The translations under genes were made by a program, and so were the position numbers. A model generated the notes under the pieces. That model made no database searches. It worked only from the letters and a program-made list of their open reading frames with translations, and was not told the origin of the DNA. Shown one piece after another: positions 9,980 to 19,815 of a stretch of DNA of 64,000 bases (position 1 is its first letter; each line of letters starts with the position of its first letter). The DNA comes from an uncultured bacterium (GTDB taxonomy: Bacteria; Krumholzibacteriota; Krumholzibacteriia; Krumholzibacteriales; CAZTHK01), in NCBI GenBank assembly GCA_964613215.1, contig CAZTHK010000002.1:149685-213684 (forward strand). Direction: 5' to 3'.

Positions 9980-11125
9980 ATGTCCGAACTGAGAGTTGTA
10001 TTTACCGGTGGTGGTACGGGAGGACATGTCTATCCCGCCCTGGCTGTTGCAGATGAGTTAAGTAAGAGAAGGAGTAATATCAGTATTCTGTTTGTGGGAA
10101 CCAGAAGGGGTCTTGAATCCACAGCAGTGGAGAAGGCAGGGTACCGGATACGCTTTATCTTCTCCGGAGCGGTAAGAGGCAGGGGGACGGCCGCCAAACT
10201 GGTTACCCTGGCCGCCCTGTCGGTGGGGTTCTTCCAGGCATTGGCTATACTGATTTCATTCAGGCCCCACATTGTTTTTGGCTCGGGTGGCTATGCCAGC
10301 GCAGCCGTAGTGCTGGCCGGGGTCCTGCTGCGCTGCAGGATAGTTTTACAGGAACAGAATTCCATTCCCGGTATGACCAACCGGCTTCTCGCCCCGGCGG
10401 CCCGGCGAATCTATCTGGGATATCCCCGGGCCAGGCAGTATTTCAGAAGGAAGGACAGGCTGGTGGTAACCGGTAATCCGCTGAGAGACAGGATAACCAC
10501 CCAGGCTGAAGGGGACTGCGGCGATTTCGGTCTACGCAGTGATCAGCCGGTTATACTGGTTTTCGGTGGAAGCCAGGGAGCACATTCCCTCAACCGGACA
10601 GCGGTTGATTACGTAAAGCAGAAGGATGATGTTCAATTGATAATTCAGACCGGCCGGAGGGACTACCAATGGGTGAAGGAGAGGCTGAGGGAGGTTTCCG
10701 GCAGGGTATATATTTCAGCCTTTATTTCAGAGATTCAAAAGGCTTACCGGGCAGCCGACCTTGCAGTGGCCAGAGCGGGAGCCTTGAGTGTTGCCGAGCT
10801 TTCTGCGGTGGGACTTCCCGCCGTTCTGGTGCCTTACCCTTACGCCACCGATAATCATCAGTTCTACAACGCAGAAGAGGCGGTAAAGGCAGGTGGAGCT
10901 GTAGTTATAGGAGATCGGGAATTCAATATATCAAAATTGAAAGAGGTTCTGGATGACATACTTTTCTCCCCTCGGAAACTCCAGCAGATGAGCAGGGCAA
11001 TGAAGTCGGTGGCCAGGGAGGGAGCCTCCCGACGTATTGCCGGCGATATGCTGGATATCAGCGGGGAGGAGGGGAACCTCCGGAAGGAAGACAGTGATAT
11101 GGAGAAAAAGGACTTGAACAGTTAA
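9980..11125 (+). CDS. murG: UDP-GlcNAc:lipid I GlcNAc transferase MurG
   Basis: GGGTGGHVYPALAVA N-terminal motif, GT28 family. Confidence 0.9.
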   Translation: MSELRVVFTGGGTGGHVYPALAVADELSKRRSNISILFVGTRRGLESTAVEKAGYRIRFIFSGAVRGRGTAAKLVTLAALSVGFFQALAILISFRPHIVFGSGGYASAAVVLAGVLLRCRIVLQEQNSIPGMTNRLLAPAARRIYLGYPRARQYFRRKDRLVVTGNPLRDRITTQAEGDCGDFGLRSDQPVILVFGGSQGAHSLNRTAVDYVKQKDDVQLIIQTGRRDYQWVKERLREVSGRVYISAFISEIQKAYRAADLAVARAGALSVAELSAVGLPAVLVPYPYATDNHQFYNAEEAVKAGGAVVIGDREFNISKLKEVLDDILFSPRKLQQMSRAMKSVAREGASRRIAGDMLDISGEEGNLRKEDSDMEKKDLNS

Positions 11126-11139
11126 TACGGAGACAGGGC

Positions 11140-12522
11140 ATGTTTGGAAAGGACAACTACATATTCTTTGTGGGAATAGGGGGAATAGGGATGAGCGGGA
11201 TCGCAGAAGTGCTTATTAACCTGGGGTTCCGGGTGGGTGGTTCAGATATCAATAAATCTCCCATAACAGAACGTCTCCGGGAACTGGGTTGCACGCTGAA
11301 ATATCAGCACCACCCCGGGAATATCGAGGATGCCGACATAGTGGTGGTTTCATCAGCTATCGGATCGGGTAACCCCGAGGTGGAATCAGCCAGGGAGAGG
11401 GGAATACCGGTGATTCCCCGTACCGAAATGCTGGGTGAGTTGATGAGGATCAGGACCGGCATTGCCATTGCGGGAACTCACGGCAAAACCACTACCACCT
11501 CACTGGCGGCGGCGCTACTGGACCGGGCCGGGTTCGATCCTACTGCCATTGTGGGGGGAAGGGTAAAGAGTATGAGAACCAGTGCCAGGCTGGGCAGGGG
11601 AGAGTTCATGGTGGCCGAAGCGGATGAGAGCGACGGCAATTTTGTACATCTCTCCCCGGTTTACGCAGTTATTACTAATATTGATCTGGAGCATGTCGAT
11701 TTTTACGGCGGTCTGGAGGAGATTAATGATGCCTTCATAACTTTCGCCAACCGGGTTCCCTTCCACGGTTCAGTAATTTGTTGCGGGGATGATCCCAATG
11801 TGAGGGCCCTGATGCCCCGTATCGAAAGAAAAGTAGTGACCTATGGAATGGAGGGGGATGTCGACATCAGGGGAGAGATAACCGGGATGAATTGGAAGGG
11901 TAGCACCTTCAGAGTTCTGGCGGAAGGGAAGGACAGGGGGGAATTGTTCCTGTCACTTCCGGGCCGTCACAATGTCAGTAACGCCCTGGCGGTATGTACT
12001 CTGGCTGAGGAGCTTAATATAGGATACTCCAGCCTGAAAGCTGCCCTGTCCGGATTCCAGGGGGTCAACCGCCGGTTCGAAAAGATGGGGGAGGGAGCAG
12101 GAGTGGTGGTGATGGATGATTATGCTCATCACCCTACCGAAGTCAAGGCCACGGTCAGTACCGCCAGAAAGGTGAGCGACCGGAGGCTGGTGGTGGTGTT
12201 TCAGCCTCACCGTTATACCCGCACCAGGGATATCCATCAGAGGTTCAGGGACAGTTTCGACCAGGCGGATGAAGTATTTATCACTGAAATATATCAGGCG
12301 GGGGAACGCCCCATACCGGGGATCAGTGGAGAACTGGTATACCGGGCGGTGCTGAGGGGAAATGTGAACAAGGTCAGTTATGTACCTGAATGGGACGATC
12401 TTTTGAAGGCAGTGGAGAACAGTGTGGAGGCCGGAGATCTGGTGTTCACCCTGGGAGCGGGGAATATAAGAAAATTGGGCAAGGAACTTCTGGAACTGCT
12501 GAAACAGAGGGAAGAAAGATGA
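11140..12522 (+). CDS. murC: UDP-N-acetylmuramate--L-alanine ligase MurC
   Basis: IAGTHGKTTTTS P-loop; Mur ligase domains. Confidence 0.9.
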   Translation: MFGKDNYIFFVGIGGIGMSGIAEVLINLGFRVGGSDINKSPITERLRELGCTLKYQHHPGNIEDADIVVVSSAIGSGNPEVESARERGIPVIPRTEMLGELMRIRTGIAIAGTHGKTTTTSLAAALLDRAGFDPTAIVGGRVKSMRTSARLGRGEFMVAEADESDGNFVHLSPVYAVITNIDLEHVDFYGGLEEINDAFITFANRVPFHGSVICCGDDPNVRALMPRIERKVVTYGMEGDVDIRGEITGMNWKGSTFRVLAEGKDRGELFLSLPGRHNVSNALAVCTLAEELNIGYSSLKAALSGFQGVNRRFEKMGEGAGVVVMDDYAHHPTEVKATVSTARKVSDRRLVVVFQPHRYTRTRDIHQRFRDSFDQADEVFITEIYQAGERPIPGISGELVYRAVLRGNVNKVSYVPEWDDLLKAVENSVEAGDLVFTLGAGNIRKLGKELLELLKQREER

Positions 12523-13265
12523 AATTTAAACGCAGAAAGAAGATGGTCATTCGCAAGAAGAGGCGAAACAGAAGGATTATCTGTATGGTGGTAGCGATAG
12601 CGGTTATTTCAGCCGGAGGGGGATGGTTGATTACCGCCAGCGATTGGTTTTCCATAGAAGAGGTCAGATTACTGGGAAGCGATGATCTCCCGGTCGATTC
12701 GCTCAGGACAGTGGCAGCAGGATGCATAGGTGAAAATTTACTGACTCTTTCCATCTCTGATCTGGAGAAGAAGTTCAAGAACTTTCCCATCATCAGGGAT
12801 GTGGAGTTCCGGCGCAGATTCTTCCATCGTCTGGACTGTTACTTCAGAGAGCGCAGGCCGGTCGCACTTCTGGCGGGGGAAAAATTCATGGAACTGGATT
12901 CAGAGGGGGTAATAATCGGGGGGGAGGAAAGGAGCTCCAACCTGGATCTGCCGGTGATTACCGGAGTAACCCTGAGGGATGGGGAAAATGATGACAGAGA
13001 AAAGCTCAGCCATGCCCTGGAGGTTTTGAGCCTGTTGAAGAATTTCGGTTTTTGCCCCTCCCGGCAGCTTTCCGAAATACATGTTAAGGAGGGAAATGTA
13101 GTCTTGATATGGATGGAAACAGGGACCAGGGTATATCTGGGAGAAGGAAACTTTGATAGTAAGATTCGTAAATTCCGGGCTATATACGGAGAACTTAACA
13201 GGGATAGCCGGTTTCCCGGTTTTATTGATCTGCGCTTCGATCAGCAGGTAATAGTAAGAGGATAG
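12519..13265 (+). CDS. ftsQ: Cell division protein FtsQ/DivIB-like (POTRA); start set to ATG 12519 (MKFKRRKK) overlapping murC stop (ATGA)
   Basis: basic N-term, single TM (ICMVVAIAVISAGGGW), POTRA-like region, position between murC and ftsA. Confidence 0.7.
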   Translation: MKFKRRKKMVIRKKRRNRRIICMVVAIAVISAGGGWLITASDWFSIEEVRLLGSDDLPVDSLRTVAAGCIGENLLTLSISDLEKKFKNFPIIRDVEFRRRFFHRLDCYFRERRPVALLAGEKFMELDSEGVIIGGEERSSNLDLPVITGVTLRDGENDDREKLSHALEVLSLLKNFGFCPSRQLSEIHVKEGNVVLIWMETGTRVYLGEGNFDSKIRKFRAIYGELNRDSRFPGFIDLRFDQQVIVRG

Positions 13266-13284
13266 ACAGAGGAAGGTTCTGGAT

Positions 13285-14511
13285 ATGTCATCTGAGTTCA
13301 TTGTCAGTCTGGATATCGGAACTACCAAAATTGCGGTACTGATAGGCGAGTTGCACCAGGGAGGAGAGTTCAGTATCGCCGGCAGGGGTATCAGCAAATG
13401 CAGGGGAATGAAGAAGGGTGCGGTGGTGGATATGGAGAGGGCGGTAGATTCTGTCAGGGAGGCCAGAGCACGGGCTGAGGACGAAGCAGGAGTAGAGATA
13501 AAGGGAGTATGTGCAGGGTTGAGTGGTTCTCATATCAGAGGAATCAACGGAGGAGGGGGGATATCCATACCGCGGGGAAGGGGAAGGATCACCAGAAGGG
13601 ATATAAGAAAGGTCTGTGATGTAGCCGGAGATATAGAGTTGCCCGGAGAGGTGGATATTCTGCATACCGAGATTCAGGAGTTCCTGGTAGACGGCCAATC
13701 CGGCATAGCCGATCCCCTGGGTATGTCGGCAGACCGGCTGGAGGCCAAGGCCCATATCATTACCGGTCTGGAGAGCCATATCGATAATGCTCTCAATGTA
13801 ATCAGGAAAAGCGGAATGGATGTTATGAACCTGGTATTCAATCCTCTGGCCCTGGCTGAATCGGTACTGACCGGTCAGGAGAAGGAGGAGGGAGTGATAC
13901 TGATAGATATGGGAGGAGAGTTGACCAACTATGCTCTCTTCTACGGGGGGAGTGTAAGGGAGAGCGGGGTGGTGCCGGTGGGAAGCGGAAATATCAGCGC
14001 TGATCTGGCCATAGGGCTGAGGATTTCATCCCGCCGGGCGGAGACACTGAAGATAGAACATGGTGTCGCCTGTGCCACCATGGTGGATGGAGAGGAGAGT
14101 GTGGTTCTGGAGAGAAATTACGGAAGGGAAAACAGAAAAGCCGGCCTTCACCTCCTCTCAGCTATTATAGAGCCCAGGTGTGAGGAGATATTTTCACTGA
14201 TCAAAGATAAGATATGGGGTAAAGAGTCCTATAAAAAGATAAGGGGAGGGATAGTCCTGGCAGGCCGCGGCTCTTTGATGAACGGGATGGATCACGTGGC
14301 CGGGCAGGTCTTCGGGTATCAGGTAAGATGCGGAGATTTGATCAATCCGGATGGCCTGTCAGCCGGCCTGCCCGGAGGACCATGGGGTACCTGTGCGGGT
14401 TTATTGCTGTACGAACTGGATTTTCTTTCCCGGCAGGAGGGCACATCCATCTGGTGGGACCGGTTTGGAAGAATGATAGATGGGTTAAAGAAAGCAGGAG
14501 GTTTAATATGA
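13285..14511 (+). CDS. ftsA: Cell division protein FtsA (actin-like ATPase)
   Basis: N-term [15 protein letters not shown] actin-fold phosphate-1 motif; position before ftsZ. Confidence 0.9.
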   Translation: MSSEFIVSLDIGTTKIAVLIGELHQGGEFSIAGRGISKCRGMKKGAVVDMERAVDSVREARARAEDEAGVEIKGVCAGLSGSHIRGINGGGGISIPRGRGRITRRDIRKVCDVAGDIELPGEVDILHTEIQEFLVDGQSGIADPLGMSADRLEAKAHIITGLESHIDNALNVIRKSGMDVMNLVFNPLALAESVLTGQEKEEGVILIDMGGELTNYALFYGGSVRESGVVPVGSGNISADLAIGLRISSRRAETLKIEHGVACATMVDGEESVVLERNYGRENRKAGLHLLSAIIEPRCEEIFSLIKDKIWGKESYKKIRGGIVLAGRGSLMNGMDHVAGQVFGYQVRCGDLINPDGLSAGLPGGPWGTCAGLLLYELDFLSRQEGTSIWWDRFGRMIDGLKKAGGLI

Positions 14512-15746
14512 AAAGAAAGGGGAGAACCATGAGGTTCGAATTCGATGATTATGACGAGGTTGCCAGCCTGAAAGTAGTTGGAGTCGGCGGTGCCGGAGGC
14601 AATGCAGTGAACCGGATGGTGGCATCCGGACTGGAGGGAGTAGAGTTCGTAGCGGTGAATACCGATGCCCAGGTGCTGGAACTTTCCTGCGCCCACAAGA
14701 AAATTCAGATAGGGGCAAAGCTTACCAAGGGGCTGGGCGCCGGAGGTAATCCGGAGGTCGGCAGACAGGCTATGGAGGAGGATGGTGATCTGATCGGAGA
14801 GGTCATTCAGGGCACCGACATGGTTTTTGTGACAGCGGGGATGGGAGGCGGAACCGGTACCGGAGCAGCGCCGGTAATTGCAAAGGCAGCCAGGGAGAAT
14901 GGTATCCTCACCGTAGGCATAGTGACGCGTCCCTTCTCATTCGAGGGGAAGCGAAGGGAAAAGCAGGCTCTGGAAGGCATGGAAGCCATGAAGGAGAATG
15001 TTGACACCCTGATAGTAATTCAGAATGACCGTCTTCTCTCTCTGGTTCCCCAGGATACCCCCATGATGGAGGCTTTCTCTAAGGCGGATGAGATTCTGCA
15101 TCAGGCCACCAAGGGGATTTCCGATCTAATCATGGTACCCGGCCTGATTAATCTTGACTTTGCCGATGTACGTTCTATTATGAGTGGCATGGGTGATGCA
15201 CTTATGGGAGTGGGCGTAGCCAGTGGCAAGGAAAGGGCTGTGGAGGCGGCACAGATGGCTCTTAACAGCCCCCTGCTGGACGATGTATCCATAAGTGGGG
15301 CCAAAGGTGTTCTGATCAACATTACCGGTAGTCAGCGGATGACTCTGCACGAGGTTTCCCACGCTACCAGAATAATCAGCGAAGAGGCCGGTGAGGATGC
15401 CAACGTTATATTCGGAGCGGTAGTGGATGACAGCATGGAGGATGACATTTCGCTTACTGTCATTGCAACCGGATTCAACCGCCGGGTTCGTGAAATCCCC
15501 CGTTCTTTCAGGATGGAGCAGCGGGAGGAGGATATCATAGATATAACTTCGGTGGATGAGCGGGAAAGTTACGCCCGGTCCGATGACATTCCGGAAGTGG
15601 AATCCGGCAGGGTAACTTCTCAGGGCGAACAGAATTACCACCTGAATGTGCCGGCCTTCACCAGGGAGAGAGAATGTGGGGGAGAAGACTACAACCGGGA
15701 GCGGAACCTGGATGTGCCTACATTTCTCAGGAAACAGCTGGATTAG
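14508..15746 (+). CDS. ftsZ: Cell division GTPase FtsZ; start at ATG 14508 (AGGAGG 7 nt upstream, ATGA overlap with ftsA); an alternative start is ATG 14529 (MRFEFDD)
   Basis: [11 protein letters not shown] tubulin signature; long C-terminal linker ending in conserved DVPTFLRKQ FtsA/ZipA-binding peptide. Confidence 0.9.
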   Translation: MKRKGRTMRFEFDDYDEVASLKVVGVGGAGGNAVNRMVASGLEGVEFVAVNTDAQVLELSCAHKKIQIGAKLTKGLGAGGNPEVGRQAMEEDGDLIGEVIQGTDMVFVTAGMGGGTGTGAAPVIAKAARENGILTVGIVTRPFSFEGKRREKQALEGMEAMKENVDTLIVIQNDRLLSLVPQDTPMMEAFSKADEILHQATKGISDLIMVPGLINLDFADVRSIMSGMGDALMGVGVASGKERAVEAAQMALNSPLLDDVSISGAKGVLINITGSQRMTLHEVSHATRIISEEAGEDANVIFGAVVDDSMEDDISLTVIATGFNRRVREIPRSFRMEQREEDIIDITSVDERESYARSDDIPEVESGRVTSQGEQNYHLNVPAFTRERECGGEDYNRERNLDVPTFLRKQLD

Positions 15747-15761
15747 ACCAGGAGAGCAAAC

Positions 15762-17402
15762 TTGTCCTTTTGGGGTAAAATTTTCGGACGGGAGAGGGAC
15801 AGGGATTATAAGAGGGGTATACAGTATTACAATGAGGGTAAGTATGAGCAGGCGGTGGAGGAGCTGGAGAAGGTAATCGGTGAAGCGGGCAGGAATAATC
15901 CCTCCTACGCTCTGGGTATGTTTTATGCGGCGGAGTCGCATGTTCATATAGGAAATGCCAAGTTTCACTCGGGGAATTACCAGGGGGCCCTTTCGCATTT
16001 CAAGAAGGCCCTGGAGGAAAATCCCACCTATCCGGATATCTATTACCGGGTGGGGGTTATATATCACCGTCTGGATAAGCCGGACATGGCGGAGAAGTAT
16101 CTTAATAAGGCCATCCAGCTGAACAGCCGTTATTTCGAGGCGATATGTTATCTGGGAATGCTGCTGTATGAAGAAGAAAGGAAGAAAGAGGCCGGTTCTC
16201 TCTTCCAGAGGGCTATGGAGATCGGGAGGGAGATGCCCACCACCATAAGTAAGTATCTGAGCACACACCTGGACAGCGAGAAGACGGACATACCGCCGCT
16301 GAAGAAATTGAAGGATGTAATCTCCTCCGACAGCGATTTTGAAGTAATGGTTAAAAATGGTGTAGCCGCTTTTAACACTAGCGATTATGAAAGGGCTGCA
16401 GAATCCTTTGCCCGGGCCTGCGAGCTGCATCCGGATTATGCCGATATAAGATTCAAGCTGGGGCTGTCATACCTGAAGCAGTCCAGGTATACGGAGGCCG
16501 GCCAGCAGCTGAACAGGGCACTGGAGATCAATGAGAATTATACCGAAGCCAGGTTTTATCTGGGACTGGCCTATCTGGATCAGGGAATGTACAGGCGGGC
16601 ACTGGAACATTTCGAGAGAGCCAGCAGGGAGAAACCCGGCTACGCGGACATTCTGTGTTATCTGGGGGCGGCCTATTTCTATCTGGGGGAAGAGAATAAG
16701 GCCAGGGAGGCTCTGGAAGGGTCACTCAAGATATCTCCGGACTACAGAAAAGCCCAGAATTACTATGGCCTGCTCCTCTACTCCATGGGAGAGAGCGAGA
16801 GGGCGGTAGAGTATCTCTCCAGTGCAGTAAACGGGGAAGAGAACAATCAGTCGGCCAGTATAAGCCTGGCCCTGATGCACATGAGGAAGGGGAATCTGGA
16901 AGAAGCAATGGGTATACTTCACGGTATCCTGGAGTCGGGGGGAGAGAGTGCCGATCTGCTATACTTCGTGGGTGAGGTTAACATGGGTCTGAACATCCTG
17001 GAGGAAGCGGAGAGATTTTACCGCAGGGCCCTTGAGAAGAATCCTCATTTCCTGCGGGCCAGAGAAAAGCTGGCCTATATACTGGTGAAGAAGGGGGATT
17101 ATGACGGAGCGGAAGAGCTGATCAGCTCCAACTCGGGTAATTTCGCCGACATCTACAAGATCATGGGAGACATCAAGTTCTTCAAGGAGGATCTGGAACA
17201 GGCGGAGAAGTATTACCGCAAGAGCCTGGAGGTGAATGCCGAGTATGGAGAAGCGATGGTATCACTGGCACTGGTTCTCAGAAAGAGTGGCAGGGAGGAT
17301 GAGGCGGATAAATTGTTGAAACGGCTGCTGGAGATTGATCCTCAGAATGTGATGGCCCGTAATCTCATTAACCTGGATCCTCTGGATCTTGATTCCGATT
17401 GA
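15762..17402 (+). CDS. Tetratricopeptide (TPR) repeat protein, TTG start
   Basis: multiple 34-aa repeats with W/LG/Y..A....Y..A...P pattern throughout 546 aa. Confidence 0.7.
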   Translation: MSFWGKIFGRERDRDYKRGIQYYNEGKYEQAVEELEKVIGEAGRNNPSYALGMFYAAESHVHIGNAKFHSGNYQGALSHFKKALEENPTYPDIYYRVGVIYHRLDKPDMAEKYLNKAIQLNSRYFEAICYLGMLLYEEERKKEAGSLFQRAMEIGREMPTTISKYLSTHLDSEKTDIPPLKKLKDVISSDSDFEVMVKNGVAAFNTSDYERAAESFARACELHPDYADIRFKLGLSYLKQSRYTEAGQQLNRALEINENYTEARFYLGLAYLDQGMYRRALEHFERASREKPGYADILCYLGAAYFYLGEENKAREALEGSLKISPDYRKAQNYYGLLLYSMGESERAVEYLSSAVNGEENNQSASISLALMHMRKGNLEEAMGILHGILESGGESADLLYFVGEVNMGLNILEEAERFYRRALEKNPHFLRAREKLAYILVKKGDYDGAEELISSNSGNFADIYKIMGDIKFFKEDLEQAEKYYRKSLEVNAEYGEAMVSLALVLRKSGREDEADKLLKRLLEIDPQNVMARNLINLDPLDLDSD

Positions 17403-18934
17403 TATCCCACTCAATTATACGTGATGAAATAATACTGGAAAATTTTCCTGACCCCCGCCGGAATGCTCAGGAGGTATGGGTGGGTTACCCCGCTCCATAC
17501 AGAGTGGCCATGTCCAACCTGGGCTTTCAGTTCATTTATGGCAGGTTCAGGAATAACCCCGGATTCAGGGTGGAACGGTTCTTCTCCGATACTGCTCCTC
17601 TCACCCTGGAATCTCAGAAGCCGGTATCCTCCGCCCGGGCACTGATATTTTCAATATCCTACGAAGACGACTATCTGGAATTAGTAAGGATAATCAGAAC
17701 ATCAGGTATGGATCCCCGCAGGAGGAACAGGAAGGAAGGACCGGTAATAGTAGCGGGGGGGATAGCGGTGAGTGCTAACCCTGTACCCCTTTCGGGGATT
17801 GCCGATGTTATTGCCCTGGGGGAGGGGGAGACGGTATCGGAAGTTATAATGGAGGGATTGGAGAACTGTCCCCCCGGAAAAAAAGAAAGACTGCTGGATT
17901 ATCTTGCCGGTAGAGAAGGTGTCTTTCTGCCGGAGAGGGATGGGGAAGGAGTAAAAATTCCCGGCAGATACAGGGGGGGTGATCTGCCTGTATCTGTGAT
18001 AGTCAGCCCGGAGACGGTGTTTGCAGACACATATCTGATGGAGATAGCCAGGGGATGCCCGGGCCGCTGTTCATTCTGTCTGGCCAGTGTTCTTTACAGT
18101 CCCTGGAGGTTTATGGCCTGCCGGACATTCCAGGAAAAGTTATCTGTGGCTGTTGATAAGATCTCCGGGGTGGGGCTGGTCAGTACGGCTGTGGCGGCGC
18201 ATCCCGGGTTCGTCGAAATAATGAAACTGCTGCTGAACAGGTCGATAAGAGTATCCCTGAGTTCCATCAGAGCGGAGGATATGAATGAGGAAAAGGCCGG
18301 CCTGATAGGTGAAGCCGGGATCAGGAGTGTCTCCCTGGCTCCGGAGAGTGGCAGTGAGCAACTTCGTTACCGTTTGGGAAAGCGTGTGGATGACCGGGTA
18401 TATGCGGGGGTGGTGAGATGGCTGGCTGAGAGAGGGGTAAAAAACTTTACTATCTATCTTATTACCGGTATACCGGGGGAGGAGGATTCCCTGCAGCAGA
18501 CCCGCCGGTTTATCAGAAATCTCAATGCTGCAGCAGAGGGTGGCAGAGTTAATGTGCATCTCAATATCCTTGTTCCCAAGCCGGGAACCCCCATGCAGTT
18601 TTATCCCCTGCCACCGGCAAACCAACTGAACCGGCGTATTTACGGGATAAAATCGATCTGTTTGGAGGAGGGGGTGGGTTTTAAATACAAGAGTGTAAGA
18701 TCCTCTATCAGGCAGGCTCTTCTCTCTCTGGGGGGAGAAGGGATTGGGGAGGGATTAATTCGATATTCAGAGGGGGGAACCTCATGGCGGAGGGCCATGG
18801 AGGACAGCGGTGTCGATATCAGGCTTCCCCATCTGACAAAGGGGAGGGACTGGGAATTTCCCCACTACCGGATATATGGAGCGGGAAACAGAGAGACACT
18901 CTACCGCAGATTTGCCGGCTCAAGGGGAGAATAG
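17399..18934 (+). CDS. B12-binding-domain radical SAM protein (TTG start overlapping TPR stop)
   Basis: N-terminal B12-binding-like region (VGYPAPY...SNLGFQFIYG), CxxxCxxC cluster GCPGRCSFC. Confidence 0.75.
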   Translation: MISHSIIRDEIILENFPDPRRNAQEVWVGYPAPYRVAMSNLGFQFIYGRFRNNPGFRVERFFSDTAPLTLESQKPVSSARALIFSISYEDDYLELVRIIRTSGMDPRRRNRKEGPVIVAGGIAVSANPVPLSGIADVIALGEGETVSEVIMEGLENCPPGKKERLLDYLAGREGVFLPERDGEGVKIPGRYRGGDLPVSVIVSPETVFADTYLMEIARGCPGRCSFCLASVLYSPWRFMACRTFQEKLSVAVDKISGVGLVSTAVAAHPGFVEIMKLLLNRSIRVSLSSIRAEDMNEEKAGLIGEAGIRSVSLAPESGSEQLRYRLGKRVDDRVYAGVVRWLAERGVKNFTIYLITGIPGEEDSLQQTRRFIRNLNAAAEGGRVNVHLNILVPKPGTPMQFYPLPPANQLNRRIYGIKSICLEEGVGFKYKSVRSSIRQALLSLGGEGIGEGLIRYSEGGTSWRRAMEDSGVDIRLPHLTKGRDWEFPHYRIYGAGNRETLYRRFAGSRGE

Positions 18935-19141
18935 CTCCGGATGCGTTATTATTGGCCGGGTAGTTAGTAGCGCAAATAATAGCCGGCGCAGCATTGCATA
19001 TGCTGATTGAAGCAGATGAATATATCTCTCAGCTCAATCAGCAATGTTTAAGAAAATTACCTGGACAATATATATTGAACGTCCCGGCAGAAAGAGAGTC
19101 CGGAACTTCCATAATTGTTTCCACCCGGAAATATGATGATT

Positions 19142-19330
19142 CTAAACCACCTTCTTGACTCTGCCACTCCGGATGCATTTGGAGCATACATAGGACTTGC
19201 GGACCTTACCATCTATCTCCACTCTTATTTTCTGAAGATTGGGCATCCAGCGTCTCTTGGACAGGTTATGTGAATGGCTCACCCTGTTTCCGGTTATGGG
19301 TTTTTTGCCGCATATGGCGCATACCTTACT
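19142..19330 (-). CDS. rpmB: 50S ribosomal protein L28 (start MSKVCAICGKKP; track ORF extends further upstream to 19396)
   Basis: 63-aa protein MSKVCAICGKKPITGNRVSHSHN...RVKKVV typical of bL28. Confidence 0.85.
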   Translation of the reverse strand, partial: SKVCAICGKKPITGNRVSHSHNLSKRRWMPNLQKIRVEIDGKVRKSYVCSKCIRSGRVKKVV

Positions 19331-19656
19331 CATCTCTTTCCTTCCCTGTTTAGTTAAACAGGCTTTTAATTTAAAGAATAAAACCAGGTTTGGCAAGGTA
19401 ATTATAAGTCAAATTTCAGTGGTTTAGGTGGTATCCTGCAGCCGGTTAATTATTTGCCGTTACACCATATTTCCCGGGCCAGTCTTTTAACAGGCTGCTT
19501 TCATTTTCAGCAGACGGTCCGTAAATATAGAGATTGGCGGTTATCCATAGAAATAAATAAACTCTTGATAATTAAAAAGGTTCTGATAAGATAAATATAT
19601 AAATCATGTTATATAAATTAAGGGAAATGGCTTGTAGAGGTTCTAAGGAGTTTGTC

Positions 19657-19745
19657 TGATAACCGCAGGGCAGAGTTCCACCGGCTTGCCCGTGGGTGGA
19701 TGTGAACTCCGCCCGAACGGGCGGCTAGCGAAGTTTGTATTTTGA
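19657..19745 (+). promoter_or_regulatory. Conserved leader element copy 1: motif AACCGCAGGGCAGAGTTCC + hairpin CCACCGG../..CCGTGGGTGG (19661-19699), followed by GC hairpin CCGCCCGAACGGGCGG (19709-19724) and U-tract (19734-19744)
   Basis: shared with copies at 50888, 57641 (and degenerate 22727, 62255); hairpin stems differ in sequence but keep pairing; located 155 nt upstream of HK ATG. Confidence 0.5.
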
Positions 19746-19815
19746 TCAAGTGCAATGGGTCTGCTCATGGTTATCTGCGTTCTATAATTTATGAACTCAA
19801 ACGGAGAAAATCATA

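Noticed and set aside
15126-16430. 434-aa minus-strand ORF antisense to ftsZ/TPR gene; similar long antisense ORFs at 4822-5769, 5352-6173, 47294-48472, 37155-37931, 8434-9045, 727-1200
   Set aside because: They lie entirely within well-supported genes on the opposite strand. Their sequences are proline/arginine/serine-rich with no domains, as expected for stop-poor frames in GC-rich coding DNA.
19630-19660. AGAGGTTCTAAGGAG resembling the preQ1-I riboswitch P1 sequence (AGAGGUUCUAG)
   Set aside because: It does not form the required hairpin, and the downstream CCC...AAAAAACUA tail is absent. I treat it as coincidental similarity upstream of the conserved leader motif.
19681-19730. Possible ZTP (pfl) or sigma-54 promoter similarity in the conserved leader (CCGCCC..GGGCGG; GG-N10-GC)
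   Set aside because: The ZTP pseudoknot consensus CCGCCUGGGC and the sigma-54 TGGCAC-N5-TTGCW do not fit any of the three copies consistently.
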